Shown piece by piece: positions 25,827-34,313 of a stretch of DNA of 64,000 nt. The position numbers were made by a program, and so were the translations under genes. The notes below the pieces were generated by a model. It was not told where the DNA came from and searched no databases. It saw only the letters and a list, made by a program, of their open reading frames with translations. Numbering within the stretch: position 1 is the stretch's first letter; each line of letters begins with the position of its first letter. Source of the stretch: Escherichia coli (lineage in GTDB: Bacteria > Pseudomonadota > Gammaproteobacteria > Enterobacterales > Enterobacteriaceae); NCBI RefSeq assembly GCF_030013595.1, contig NZ_CP122768.1, one strand, 5' to 3'.

Positions 25827-25874
25827 CGGGCATGGCCCTGAAAGGCATACATTACATTTATTATGGTTATCAGA

Positions 25875-27368
25875 TTAGCCCCAGGTTACCGCTTCCGGTT
25901 TATCACCTCTGGCTTTCATTAATGAATCATTATCAATATCGGCTTTATACTTTAAGAACTTACCATACATTTGTTTTTCAATGTCTGGATTTTTACCTAT
26001 CTGATTAATGGTCTCAAAACGATCGGTTTTGAGGTTGTATAGATACTTTGGCTTATTGTTACGATCGATGATCATTTTCCAGTCACCATCACGTATCGCC
26101 CATTCGTCGGTTGGATCATCCTGGAATGGCATGTCAATTCCGAAGATTAATGGCTTTTCACGTTTTAGCGCCTTGTTCTCAAGGACAGGAACCAACGATT
26201 CGCCATCAAAAGTCCGGTCCGTCGGTAATTTGAAGTTCATCATTTTCGCCAGCGTAGGCATCCAGTCCAGACCATAAACAGGCGTATCTGAAACCATTCC
26301 CTTTGGAAGATGCTTTCCGTATTTAATAATCGCCGGAACACGGATGCCGCCTTCCCAGAGATTATCCTTGCGACCACGTAATCCATCAGTTTCCCCTGCC
26401 AAATTCAGTTCATAAACTTTACGTGCTTCACGGGTTACTGGGCCGTTATCACTGGTAAAAATAACGATGGTGTTATCTTCTTCACCCATCGCTTTGATTT
26501 TATCCAGTACTTTTCCAACCTGAGCATCCAGATAACTGATGTTGGCATAATATTCTCCTGGACCACGCCAGGGTTTATCCGCCCAGTCGCCATAAAATAA
26601 ATCAGGATGCTGCTTCTGATATTCGCTCATATATTGTGAGTACATGTCGAGGTATTTTTTGGGCGAAGCCAGGGGACTGTGCACTTCGGTAAAAGCGACA
26701 TAAAGGAAGAAAGGCTTACTGTCCTTTTTGTTATCCAACCAGTTGACGACTTCCGAACTGACATACTCACCACTCATTTTATCGGCACGAGGTGTGGGTT
26801 GCCCGTTACGCAACCAGCCCGTTGGATAGACCATGCCAAAACGGGGACGCTCCTTCGCATTATCCAGAGTAGCGTCGGTAACAAAACCCGCCGTATTAAC
26901 CAGTGAGTAATCAAAGCCCATATCTTTTGCCTGCGGCTGATCGGTGCGATCGCCGCCTGCATTCAGATGCAGCTTACCCATCATGGCCGTGTCGTACCCT
27001 TGCGCTTTGAGTAGATTAGCAATCGTGAGTTCATTACGCCCTAATGCCACATCTTTTCCCGTTGGGATCCATGAGCGTATGCCGGTACGAAATGGCATCC
27101 GCCCCGTTAATAACCCCGCCCGCGAAGGAGAACTTAAGGGAGCTGGTGCATAGTAGTCAGTAAATTTGACGCCCTCCTGGGCAAGCCTGTCAATATTGGG
27201 GGTTTTAACGATCTGATGTCCATATGTTGCTAAATCACCATAGCCTAAATCATCCGCCATAATGATGACTAAATTGGGTTGTTTAGTCTCGGCAGCTACG
27301 ACTGGATTAAAAGCATTCCCTGTGCAAACTGCAAGGCCGATCAAACTGGCCATTAATGTTTTCTGCAT
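25875..27368 (-). CDS. periplasmic sulfatase, Ser-type (S-x-P-x-R) formylglycine motif
   Basis: Start at Met13 of the listed ORF (RBS AGGGA) gives 497 aa. Signal peptide MQKTLMASLIGLAVCTGNAFNPVVAA. Sulfatase signatures NLVIIMADDLGYGD and PLSSPSRAGLLTGR, then GKLHL, FTSDNGP. Confidence 0.85.
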   Translation of the reverse strand: MQKTLMASLIGLAVCTGNAFNPVVAAETKQPNLVIIMADDLGYGDLATYGHQIVKTPNIDRLAQEGVKFTDYYAPAPLSSPSRAGLLTGRMPFRTGIRSWIPTGKDVALGRNELTIANLLKAQGYDTAMMGKLHLNAGGDRTDQPQAKDMGFDYSLVNTAGFVTDATLDNAKERPRFGMVYPTGWLRNGQPTPRADKMSGEYVSSEVVNWLDNKKDSKPFFLYVAFTEVHSPLASPKKYLDMYSQYMSEYQKQHPDLFYGDWADKPWRGPGEYYANISYLDAQVGKVLDKIKAMGEEDNTIVIFTSDNGPVTREARKVYELNLAGETDGLRGRKDNLWEGGIRVPAIIKYGKHLPKGMVSDTPVYGLDWMPTLAKMMNFKLPTDRTFDGESLVPVLENKALKREKPLIFGIDMPFQDDPTDEWAIRDGDWKMIIDRNNKPKYLYNLKTDRFETINQIGKNPDIEKQMYGKFLKYKADIDNDSLMKARGDKPEAVTWG

Positions 27369-27387
27369 AATTATTCCCTGATGAAAA

Positions 27388-28149
27388 TTAGAAATCATAA
27401 CCAAGCATATAAATCATTTGATCGCCAAAACCATCGTAGCCCAACTTATTATCGAAATAACGCCACGTCACACTGGCTTTCCAGCGAGGATAGAACTTCC
27501 AGGCCACTGTTAAACCGCCATTTAGCCCATTCCGACCAAATTGTTGTTCCGCATAGGCATCATTTCTGTCCAGTTCTATTTCATTCCAGTTAGATAAAAC
27601 AAATTTTTCGTCAAATAACGTAAAAGGTAATACTGCTGTCCAGCCAACAACATAACCATTCCAGCCATTTGTTTGTCCATATTTGGCTGAGACGTAGTCT
27701 CCAGATTGATTATGTAATCCAATATACGGTTTAAAAAACCCCCATGAACCATTCCTGCCGAGGTAGCCCAAACCATAAAACATATCAAGATCGTCACCCC
27801 ATGAGTTATCCCATTGACCATAGATCTTGCCAAAGAAAGTCATATTGGAGTCAAAGAGTCTGACATGTGTCATAGCAGAAACGGTATGATTACGCCCCGC
27901 TACGGCATGGTTAAGCACATTGCTTTCATAAAATGAGTAAAACTCGGCTTCTTTAAAATTCACACCAAAGTCCGCAGTCACTTTCCATACTTCACCACGA
28001 TGAGTGTTAACGAAGCCACTATTCCAGTCAGCATAACCTGCATTTATTGAGCCAAAGGAACCTTTATATTCTAATGAAGAATATGCAGGAAGGTGATAGA
28101 AAATCGTTGTCAGGGCACACGCAATAAGAAGCCGTCTTTTGGCAGACAT
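27388..28149 (-). CDS. Tsx/OmpK-family outer-membrane channel
   Basis: 253 aa. Signal peptide. Aromatic-rich alternating beta-strand pattern. WNGYVVGW...FKPY motifs resemble Tsx/OmpK. C-terminal beta-signal ...MLGYDF. Sits 19 nt upstream of the sulfatase gene on the same strand. Confidence 0.65.
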   Translation of the reverse strand: MSAKRRLLIACALTTIFYHLPAYSSLEYKGSFGSINAGYADWNSGFVNTHRGEVWKVTADFGVNFKEAEFYSFYESNVLNHAVAGRNHTVSAMTHVRLFDSNMTFFGKIYGQWDNSWGDDLDMFYGLGYLGRNGSWGFFKPYIGLHNQSGDYVSAKYGQTNGWNGYVVGWTAVLPFTLFDEKFVLSNWNEIELDRNDAYAEQQFGRNGLNGGLTVAWKFYPRWKASVTWRYFDNKLGYDGFGDQMIYMLGYDF

Positions 28150-28665
28150 ATAATATGAATATGCTCTCCATTCATTGTTTTTATGGTTCCATAGAAATCA
28201 ATACATCAGATAATTCATTTTGATTAAGAACGACTCAGAAAGTATATTTAAAGGTGAATGGCAAAGCGTGATGGAGATCGCAGATTACTTTTACCCCCGG
28301 GTGTGGAGGTATCGTGTTTCAAAAAGTGTGTCTATTTTAAATATCACTCATTGATTTATAGACATTTTTTCCTTATAAAAAAACACTAAATTCTGTACAA
28401 GAATTATTTTGTATCTTCTACTACTTTCTCCAGTAATAACTCACCTTTCAGGCATAACTTAAATCTGCTTGTTCATAATCTCAATTTTTGTAAATGAAAA
28501 GGCACATAAGAGTTAAAATAAACAATGATCTAAAGATTAATTACGCAAAAATGCGAGGCGTCTTCAGGATTAGAATCGATAAAACAGAATGGGTTAAAGA
28601 GAGCGATATAATAGCGGCGGGTGCTTGAGGCTGTCTGTCTCAGGCATTAGCTGAACGGCAGATAG

Positions 28666-28720
28666 AGAAAAGCCCCGAGTGATATTTTACTATCAACCCG
28701 AGGCCCCCTATATGCAGAAC
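28666..28720 (-). ncRNA. sokC: Sok-type antisense RNA of the hokC locus
   Basis: Antisense to the mokC start. The minus-strand sequence GUUCUGCAUAUAGGGGGCCUCGGGUUGAUAGUAAAAUAUCACUCGGGGCUUUUCUC has a 5' single-stranded tail, a long stem-loop (CCUCGGG-U-UGAUA / UAUCA-CUCGGGG) and a U-tail. Coordinates were transferred from my recollection of the K-12 annotation. Confidence 0.6.
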
Positions 28721-28921
28721 ACATGTAGAGTGCCTCTTACTGACCGTAAGGTCAAGGAGAAGAGAGCAATGAAGCAGCATAAGGCGATGATTGTCGCCCT
28801 GATCGTCATCTGTATCACCGCCGTAGTGGCGGCGCTGGTAACGAGAAAAGACCTCTGTGAGGTTCACATCCGAACTGGCCAGACGGAGGTTGCTGTTTTC
28901 ACGGCTTACGAATCCGAGTAA
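28712..28921 (+). CDS. mokC: regulatory overlapping reading frame of hokC (mok)
   Basis: MQNTCRVPLTDRKVKEKRAMKQHK... is in frame with and encompasses hokC, as in hok/mok/sok loci. Confidence 0.7.
   Translation: MQNTCRVPLTDRKVKEKRAMKQHKAMIVALIVICITAVVAALVTRKDLCEVHIRTGQTEVAVFTAYESE
28769..28921 (+). CDS. hokC: Hok-family small membrane toxin
   Basis: 50 aa: MKQHKAMIVALIVICITAVVAALVTRKDLCEVHIRTGQTEVAVFTAYESE. Single TM plus the conserved Hok C-terminus. Confidence 0.9.
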   Translation: MKQHKAMIVALIVICITAVVAALVTRKDLCEVHIRTGQTEVAVFTAYESE

Positions 28922-28943
28922 GAGCAACGGCGGGGAGTGATCC

Positions 28944-30281
28944 CATAAGCGCTAACTTAAGGGTTGAACCATCTGAAGAATGCGACGCCTCGGTGCCTCG
29001 TTAAGACGATGCCTCGCGTTCTTCAATTGCGTTTTGTAGGCTGTCAGGGATACTGTCCCACGAATGGCCACCTGTAAGCTCCAGATGACCATTTTTGTTA
29101 TTCTCCACAACGAGTTAGTTCTTCTTTTCGGATCCGGCACTTCTGGGGGGAAATCCAGCGATGGCTGGATTATGTCGTCAATTAAAAATGCGGCGAGTAG
29201 ATTAGCAAATATCCACGCTTTCGCGAGTTCAGGTTCCTTTGCACGCAAAGCATCCAGGTGCAGCAAACTTTTGAGCCGCTTAAAAGCCAGTTCAATTTGC
29301 CATCGCAGACGGTAACAATCAGCCACTTGCTCTGCTGAATATTCATCTTCCGGTAATGATGTTAGCAATAGCACATGGCCCGCTGCTTCCAGCGTTTCCG
29401 CCTGAACTACTCGTCCTTTTCGACGATTCTCGCTGAGCAGTCGGGTTTTACTGATTAATGCTTTTTCGGGAGGAAGTGATACGGCAATGAGACGTGCCGG
29501 AAAGGGAGCTCCGGCTTTTTTATTACCTGAATTGCCTATCATTACAGTGGTTTCACCGTTCTTACCGCAATCCAGCCCGCGCAGAAAACCCATCATGTCA
29601 AAGCGCATTCCTTCTGCAGTTAACCAGCGCAATCCTCGCCAGTGAACCCGGACGATATAATCAGCTTCTCCAAAAGCAAGTGAGCGGATACATTCGGGAC
29701 GCGAACCGAATCCCCGGTCAGCAATGCGTATCTCGTCTGCCGTTTGCGCAAATCGGTCCAGCCGTTCAGCGTCTCTGCTGTCGGTTAGCTCAAAATCAGT
29801 GAACTGACAGGTATGAGGATCATATCCCATATGTAGTCGCCATTCAGCGCTGCCGCCCCCGGGCGCACTGATTGCTGTTCCATCGACAAGACGCAATCTC
29901 TTTCCGCTTGTACAACCCGTAACTGCGGCGCGTACAGCAAGTGTTTGTGCGGCAAGTATGCCAAACCAGTCGGCGGCATTCCGCAGCCGCTTCAGGAGAG
30001 CCACGTCAGATAATGTTGCAACGTCATGGAGCTGAGCCCATGCAGTGACTTCACGTAATGACATCCCCCCGGGGCCGTAAGCCAGCCCCAGACGTAGCAG
30101 AGTTGCAGCATCACGAATTTCGCGGCGGCGGGTTAGAGCCCCGGCATTACGTGCCGAAGTATCCAGTTCTTCGGGCTTACCAATATGGGCCAGAATTGCT
30201 GACCAGTTATCGTGAGAGTAATTCATCGGCACGTTAAATCATATCAGGCGTAATACCACAACCCTTAAGTTAGCGCTTATG
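28944..30281 (-). mobile_element. IS186 (IS4 family), 1338 bp, flanked by a 10-bp target-site duplication
   Basis: Perfect 23-bp terminal inverted repeats CATAAGCGCTAACTTAAGGGTTG (28944..28966, and reverse complement at 30259..30281). Direct repeats GGAGTGATCC at 28934..28943 and 30282..30291. Confidence 0.95.
28952..30232 (-). CDS. insL: IS186 transposase (DDE, IS4 family); long form ending inside the terminal repeat
   Basis: (MP)MNYSHDNWSAILAHIGKPEELDTSARNAG.... Y-2-R-3-E-6-K motif present (YRLRWQIELAFKRLK). The K-12-equivalent start is the MNYS Met at 30226. The TAG stop lies within the IR. Confidence 0.9.
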   Translation of the reverse strand: MPMNYSHDNWSAILAHIGKPEELDTSARNAGALTRRREIRDAATLLRLGLAYGPGGMSLREVTAWAQLHDVATLSDVALLKRLRNAADWFGILAAQTLAVRAAVTGCTSGKRLRLVDGTAISAPGGGSAEWRLHMGYDPHTCQFTDFELTDSRDAERLDRFAQTADEIRIADRGFGSRPECIRSLAFGEADYIVRVHWRGLRWLTAEGMRFDMMGFLRGLDCGKNGETTVMIGNSGNKKAGAPFPARLIAVSLPPEKALISKTRLLSENRRKGRVVQAETLEAAGHVLLLTSLPEDEYSAEQVADCYRLRWQIELAFKRLKSLLHLDALRAKEPELAKAWIFANLLAAFLIDDIIQPSLDFPPEVPDPKRRTNSLWRITKMVIWSLQVAIRGTVSLTAYKTQLKNARHRLNEAPRRRILQMVQPLS

Positions 30282-30343
30282 GGAGTGATCCCCGCCACTT
30301 TACAGGTGCTCGCATATCTTCAACGCACCCTATTTTTACCCAG

Positions 30344-30365
30344 GCCTGCCCACGGGCAGGCTTTT
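30344..30365. terminator. hairpin between the hokC 3' region and the dnaJ stop (bidirectional terminator-like)
   Basis: gcctgcc-cacg-ggcaggc followed by tttt on the plus strand. It lies 8 nt beyond the dnaJ stop on the minus strand. Confidence 0.6.
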
Positions 30366-30372
30366 GGGGAGG

Positions 30373-31503
30373 TTAGCGGGTCAGGTCGTCAAAAAACTTC
30401 TTCACACCATCAAAGAAGCTCTTTGAGCGCGGGCTGTTGTGCTCGCCGGTTGGGCCACCGAAGCTTTCTTGCAGCTCTTGCAGCAGCTGTTTCTGCTTCT
30501 CGTTCAGGCCTACCGGTGTTTCGACGACAACGCGGCACAGCAAATCACCCTGTGCGCCACCGCGGACAGACTTGACGCCTTTACCGCGCATACGGAACAG
30601 CTTACCGGTCTGGGTTTCGCCAGGCACTTTCAGTTTGACGCGACCATCAAGGGTCGGTACTTCGATTTCGCCACCCAGCGCCGCCATAGCGAAGTTGATC
30701 GGGACTTCGCAATAGAGGTTGTTGCCTTCACGCTCGAAAATCGGGTGCTGTTTAACCTGAACCTGAACGTACAGATCGCCTGCCGGTGCGCCATGCTCGC
30801 CCGCTTCACCTTCGCCCGCAAGACGGATGCGGTCTCCAGTGTCCACCCCTGCCGGGATTTTAACGGACAGCGTTTTGCTGCGCTCAACACGACCATGACC
30901 ATGACATTTGTTGCACGGATCTTTGATCAGCGTACCCCGGCCCTGACAGTGTGGACAGGTCTGCTGCACGGCAAAGAAACCCTGGCGCATCTGCACCTGA
31001 CCAGAACCATGACAGGTCGGACAGGTCTGCGGCTGTGTACCTGGTTTTGCACCGCTACCGTGGCAAACGTCACACTCCTCCAGAGTCGGAATGCGGATCT
31101 CTTTGGTCACGCCACGTACAGCTTCTTCGAGGGTGAGCTCCATGTTATAGCGTAAATCAGCACCGCGCGCCGCACGTTGACGACCACGTCCGCCGCCAAA
31201 AATATCGCCGAAAACGTCACCAAAAATATCGCTGAAGTCTGCGCCGCCGCCGAAACCGCCGCCGCCCATGCCACCTTGCTCAAACGCAGCATGACCATAC
31301 TGATCGTATGCCGCACGTTTTTGCGAGTCGGTCAGAACTTCATAAGCTTCCTTGATCTCTTTAAATTTCGCCTCGGCCTCTTTATCACCCTGGTTACGGT
31401 CCGGGTGGTATTTCATGGCCAGGCGTTTGTAGGCCTTTTTGATTTCACGCTCTTCCGCTGTTTTGGAAACGCCTAAAATCTCGTAATAATCTTGCTTAGC
31501 CAT
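30373..31503 (-). CDS. dnaJ: Hsp40 co-chaperone DnaJ
   Basis: An internal Met gives [40 protein letters not shown]..., 376 aa. J domain HPD, G/F region and four CxxCxGxG zinc motifs. Confidence 0.97.
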
Positions 31504-31530
31504 CTTTTTTAAATTGCCCCTAGATGAATG

Positions 31531-31563
31531 CACGGGCGGAGAGGAAATTCCCCTTCGCCCGTG
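31531..31563 (-). promoter_or_regulatory. intercistronic stem-loop in the dnaK-dnaJ spacer
   Basis: cacgggcggagaggaaattccccttcgcccgtg is an imperfect palindrome with an 8-bp GC-rich outer stem. A small RNA (tpke11) has been proposed in this spacer, but I cannot confirm it from sequence. Confidence 0.45.
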
Positions 31564-31591
31564 TCAGTATAATTACCCGTTTATAGGGCGA

Positions 31592-33508
31592 TTATTTTTT
31601 GTCTTTGACTTCTTCAAATTCAGCGTCGACAACATCGTCATCTTTCGCGTTGTTTGCAGAAGCATCAGCACCGGCAGTCTGCTGCTGGGCATGTTGCTGC
31701 TGGGCGATTTCCATCAGTTTCTGGGAAACCTGTGCCAGTTCCTGCATTTTCGCTTCGATAGCGGCTTTGTCTTCACCTTTCAGAGCAGTTTCCAGTGCAG
31801 TCAGCGCAGACTCGATAGCAGTTTTGTCGTCAGCCGGCAGTTTGTCGCCTGCTTCTTCAACCTGCTTACGGGTGCTGTGCAGCAGATGGTCACCCTGGTT
31901 GCGAGTCTGTACCAGCTCTTCAAACTTACGGTCAGCTTCGGCGTTAGCTTCTGCGTCGCGTACCATTTTCTGGATTTCATCTTCGTTCAGACCAGAAGAA
32001 GCCTTGATGGTGATCTTCTGCTCTTTACCGCTGTTTTTATCTTTCGCGGAAACGTGCAGGATACCGTCAGCATCGATATCGAAGGTAACTTCGATCTGCG
32101 GCATACCGCGCGGTGCCGGGTTGATACCATCCAGGTTGAACTGACCCAGAGATTTGTTATCAGCCGCACGTTTACGTTCACCCTGCAGCACGTGGATGGT
32201 TACCGCAGACTGGTTGTCTTCAGCGGTAGAGAACACCTGGCTGTGCTTGGTCGGGATAGTGGTGTTTTTCGCGATCAGCGTCGTCATCACACCGCCCATG
32301 GTTTCGATACCCAGTGACAGCGGGGTAACGTCCAGCAGCAGTACGTCTTTTACGTCACCAGTCAGAACACCACCCTGAACAGCAGCACCGATTGCTACAG
32401 CTTCGTCCGGGTTAACGTCTTTACGCGGCTCTTTACCAAAGAACTCAGCAACTTTCTTCTGAACCATTGGCATACGAGTCTGACCACCAACGAGGATAAC
32501 GTCGTCGATATCAGATACGGACAGGCCAGCGTCCTGCAGTGCAACTTTCAGCGGCTCAATGGAACGGTTTACCAGATCTTCAACCAGGCTTTCCAGTTTC
32601 GCACGAGTCACTTTGATGTTCATGTGTTTCGGACCGGTCGCGTCTGCAGTGATGTACGGCAGGTTAACGTCGGTCTGCTGAGCGGAAGACAGCTCGATTT
32701 TCGCTTTTTCTGCCGCTTCTTTCAGGCGCTGCATTGCCAGCGGATCGTTGCGCAGGTCAATGCCCTGATCTTTCTTGAATTCTTCAACCAGGTAGTTGAT
32801 CAGACGGCTGTCGAAGTCTTCACCACCCAGGTGGGTATCACCGTTGGTTGCCAGAACTTCGAAGGTTTTTTCGCCGTCAACTTCGTCGATTTCGATAATA
32901 GAAATATCGAAAGTACCACCACCCAGGTCATAAACCGCGATAGTACGGTTGCCAGTACCTTTGTCCAGACCGTAAGCCAGCGCAGCTGCGGTCGGTTCGT
33001 TGATGATACGTTTTACTTCCAGACCAGCGATACGGCCTGCGTCTTTGGTTGCCTGACGCTGAGCATCGTTAAAGTATGCCGGTACGGTGATAACAGCTTC
33101 AGTTACCGGTTCACCCAGGTAATCTTCAGCGGTTTTCTTCATTTTTTTCAGCACTTCAGCAGAAATCTGCGGCGGTGCCATTTTCTGGCCTTTAACTTCG
33201 ACCCATGCGTCGCCGTTATCAGCAGCAATAATTTTGAACGGCATGATGGAAACATCACGCTGTACTTCTTCGTCCTGGAAGCGGCGGCCAATCAGGCGTT
33301 TAATCGCAAACAGGGTGTTTTGCGGGTTCGTCACTGCCTGACGTTTAGCCGGCTGACCAACCAGAGTTTCACCATCCTGGGTATAGGCAATGATAGAAGG
33401 CGTGGTGCGATCGCCTTCGGCGTTCTCCAGTACACGAGGAGTGGTGCCATCCATAATCGCTACACAAGAGTTGGTAGTACCCAGGTCGATACCAATTATT
33501 TTACCCAT
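31592..33508 (-). CDS. dnaK: Hsp70 chaperone DnaK
   Basis: 638-aa [41 protein letters not shown].... Confidence 0.98.
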
Positions 33509-33555
33509 CTAAACGTCTCCACTATATATTCGGTCATCATGTGGTTGTGAGTCTG

Positions 33556-33582
33556 TAATAGGGGCGAAACGTCTGGTTTCAA
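33556..33582 (-). promoter_or_regulatory. sigma32 heat-shock promoter dnaK P2
   Basis: The minus strand reads TTGAAAccagacgtttcgCCCCTATTA, matching the CTTGAAA-N13-15-CCCCATnT consensus. Confidence 0.75.
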
Positions 33583-33629
33583 CTGCCCAATTTCATTTTT
33601 TTGCAGACTCACTCACTGCGGTTGACTAC

Positions 33630-33658
33630 TAAATGGGGTCGTAACCCACGTCATCAAG
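33630..33658 (-). promoter_or_regulatory. sigma32 heat-shock promoter dnaK P1
   Basis: The minus strand reads CTTGATGacgtgggttacgaCCCCATTTA. Confidence 0.75.
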
Positions 33659-33883
33659 GGGGAGATGCAAAAATTTTTTGTGCTTTTGCGCAGAAATTTC
33701 GCGATATGCCAGAACAAGACACGAAACTGACAGCAATTTTATTCATATAAAGAATGAATGACAGCCAAGACATTCATAGAAAAATTGTAATAAAAAGAAA
33801 ATATTACGTACCTGAATCTTCTCTTTATCAGCAGTAAACTAGTGGGTATTCATCCCCTACCTCTCCCCACTAAGAGAATCCTT

Positions 33884-34288
33884 ATGAAATCCGTTTTTAC
33901 GCTTTCCGCCAGCCTGGCGATTAGCCTGCTGCTGTGCTGCACGGCGCAGGCAAACAACCATAAAATCCTCGGCGTCATTGCGATGCCGCGTAACGAAACC
34001 AACGATCTGGCGCTGAAACTTCCTGTTTGTCGCATTGTTAAACGTATTCAACTCACTGCCGACCATGGCGATTTACAGTTAAGCGGTGCATCGGTTTATT
34101 TCAAAGCCGCCCGTAGCGCCAGTCAGAGCCTGAATATTCCTTCAGAAATAAAAGAAGGGCAAACCACTGACTGGATCAACATTAACAGCGATAACGACAA
34201 TAAACGCTGCGTCTCAAAAATCACCTTTTCCGGCCATACGGTGAACTCATCGGATATGGCCACGCTGAAAATTATCGGCGACGACTAA
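33884..34288 (+). CDS. yaaI: UPF0412 secreted protein YaaI
   Basis: An internal Met gives [27 protein letters not shown]..., 134 aa, with a signal peptide. Confidence 0.85.
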   Translation: MKSVFTLSASLAISLLLCCTAQANNHKILGVIAMPRNETNDLALKLPVCRIVKRIQLTADHGDLQLSGASVYFKAARSASQSLNIPSEIKEGQTTDWININSDNDNKRCVSKITFSGHTVNSSDMATLKIIGDD

Positions 34289-34313
34289 CGCCAGAATATA
34301 GAAGCCACAAAAA

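Larger units (their letters stand above)
24429..25873 (-). mobile_element. candidate cryptic IS-like unit (about 1.45 kb) around the Zn-ribbon transposase-like ORF
   Basis: Imperfect terminal inverted repeats CTGATAATCATAG (24429..24441) and CTGATAACCATAA (reverse complement of 25861..25873) match at 11/13. They bracket the single ORF. The match is short and only marginally above chance. Confidence 0.3.

Noticed and set aside
28258-28389. 43-aa basic ORF (MAKRDGDRRLLLPPGVEVSCFKKCVYFKYHSLIYRHFFLIKKH) with an AAGG just upstream, divergent from the Tsx-like gene.
   Set aside because: It is short and its second half lies in an AT-rich promoter-like region. It overlaps the repeated nhaA-like motif, which explains the local GC bump. 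There is nothing to distinguish it from chance.
28640-28927. 95-aa ORF on the minus strand covering the hokC/mokC locus.
   Set aside because: It lies entirely antisense to a well-defined hok/mok/sok module, and the only known antisense product there is the short Sok RNA. It is most likely spurious.
30279-30575. 98-aa plus-strand ORF starting at the IS186 end and running antisense into dnaJ.
   Set aside because: It has an Arg/Ser/Ala-rich low-complexity translation opposite dnaJ and no RBS. It is a shadow ORF.
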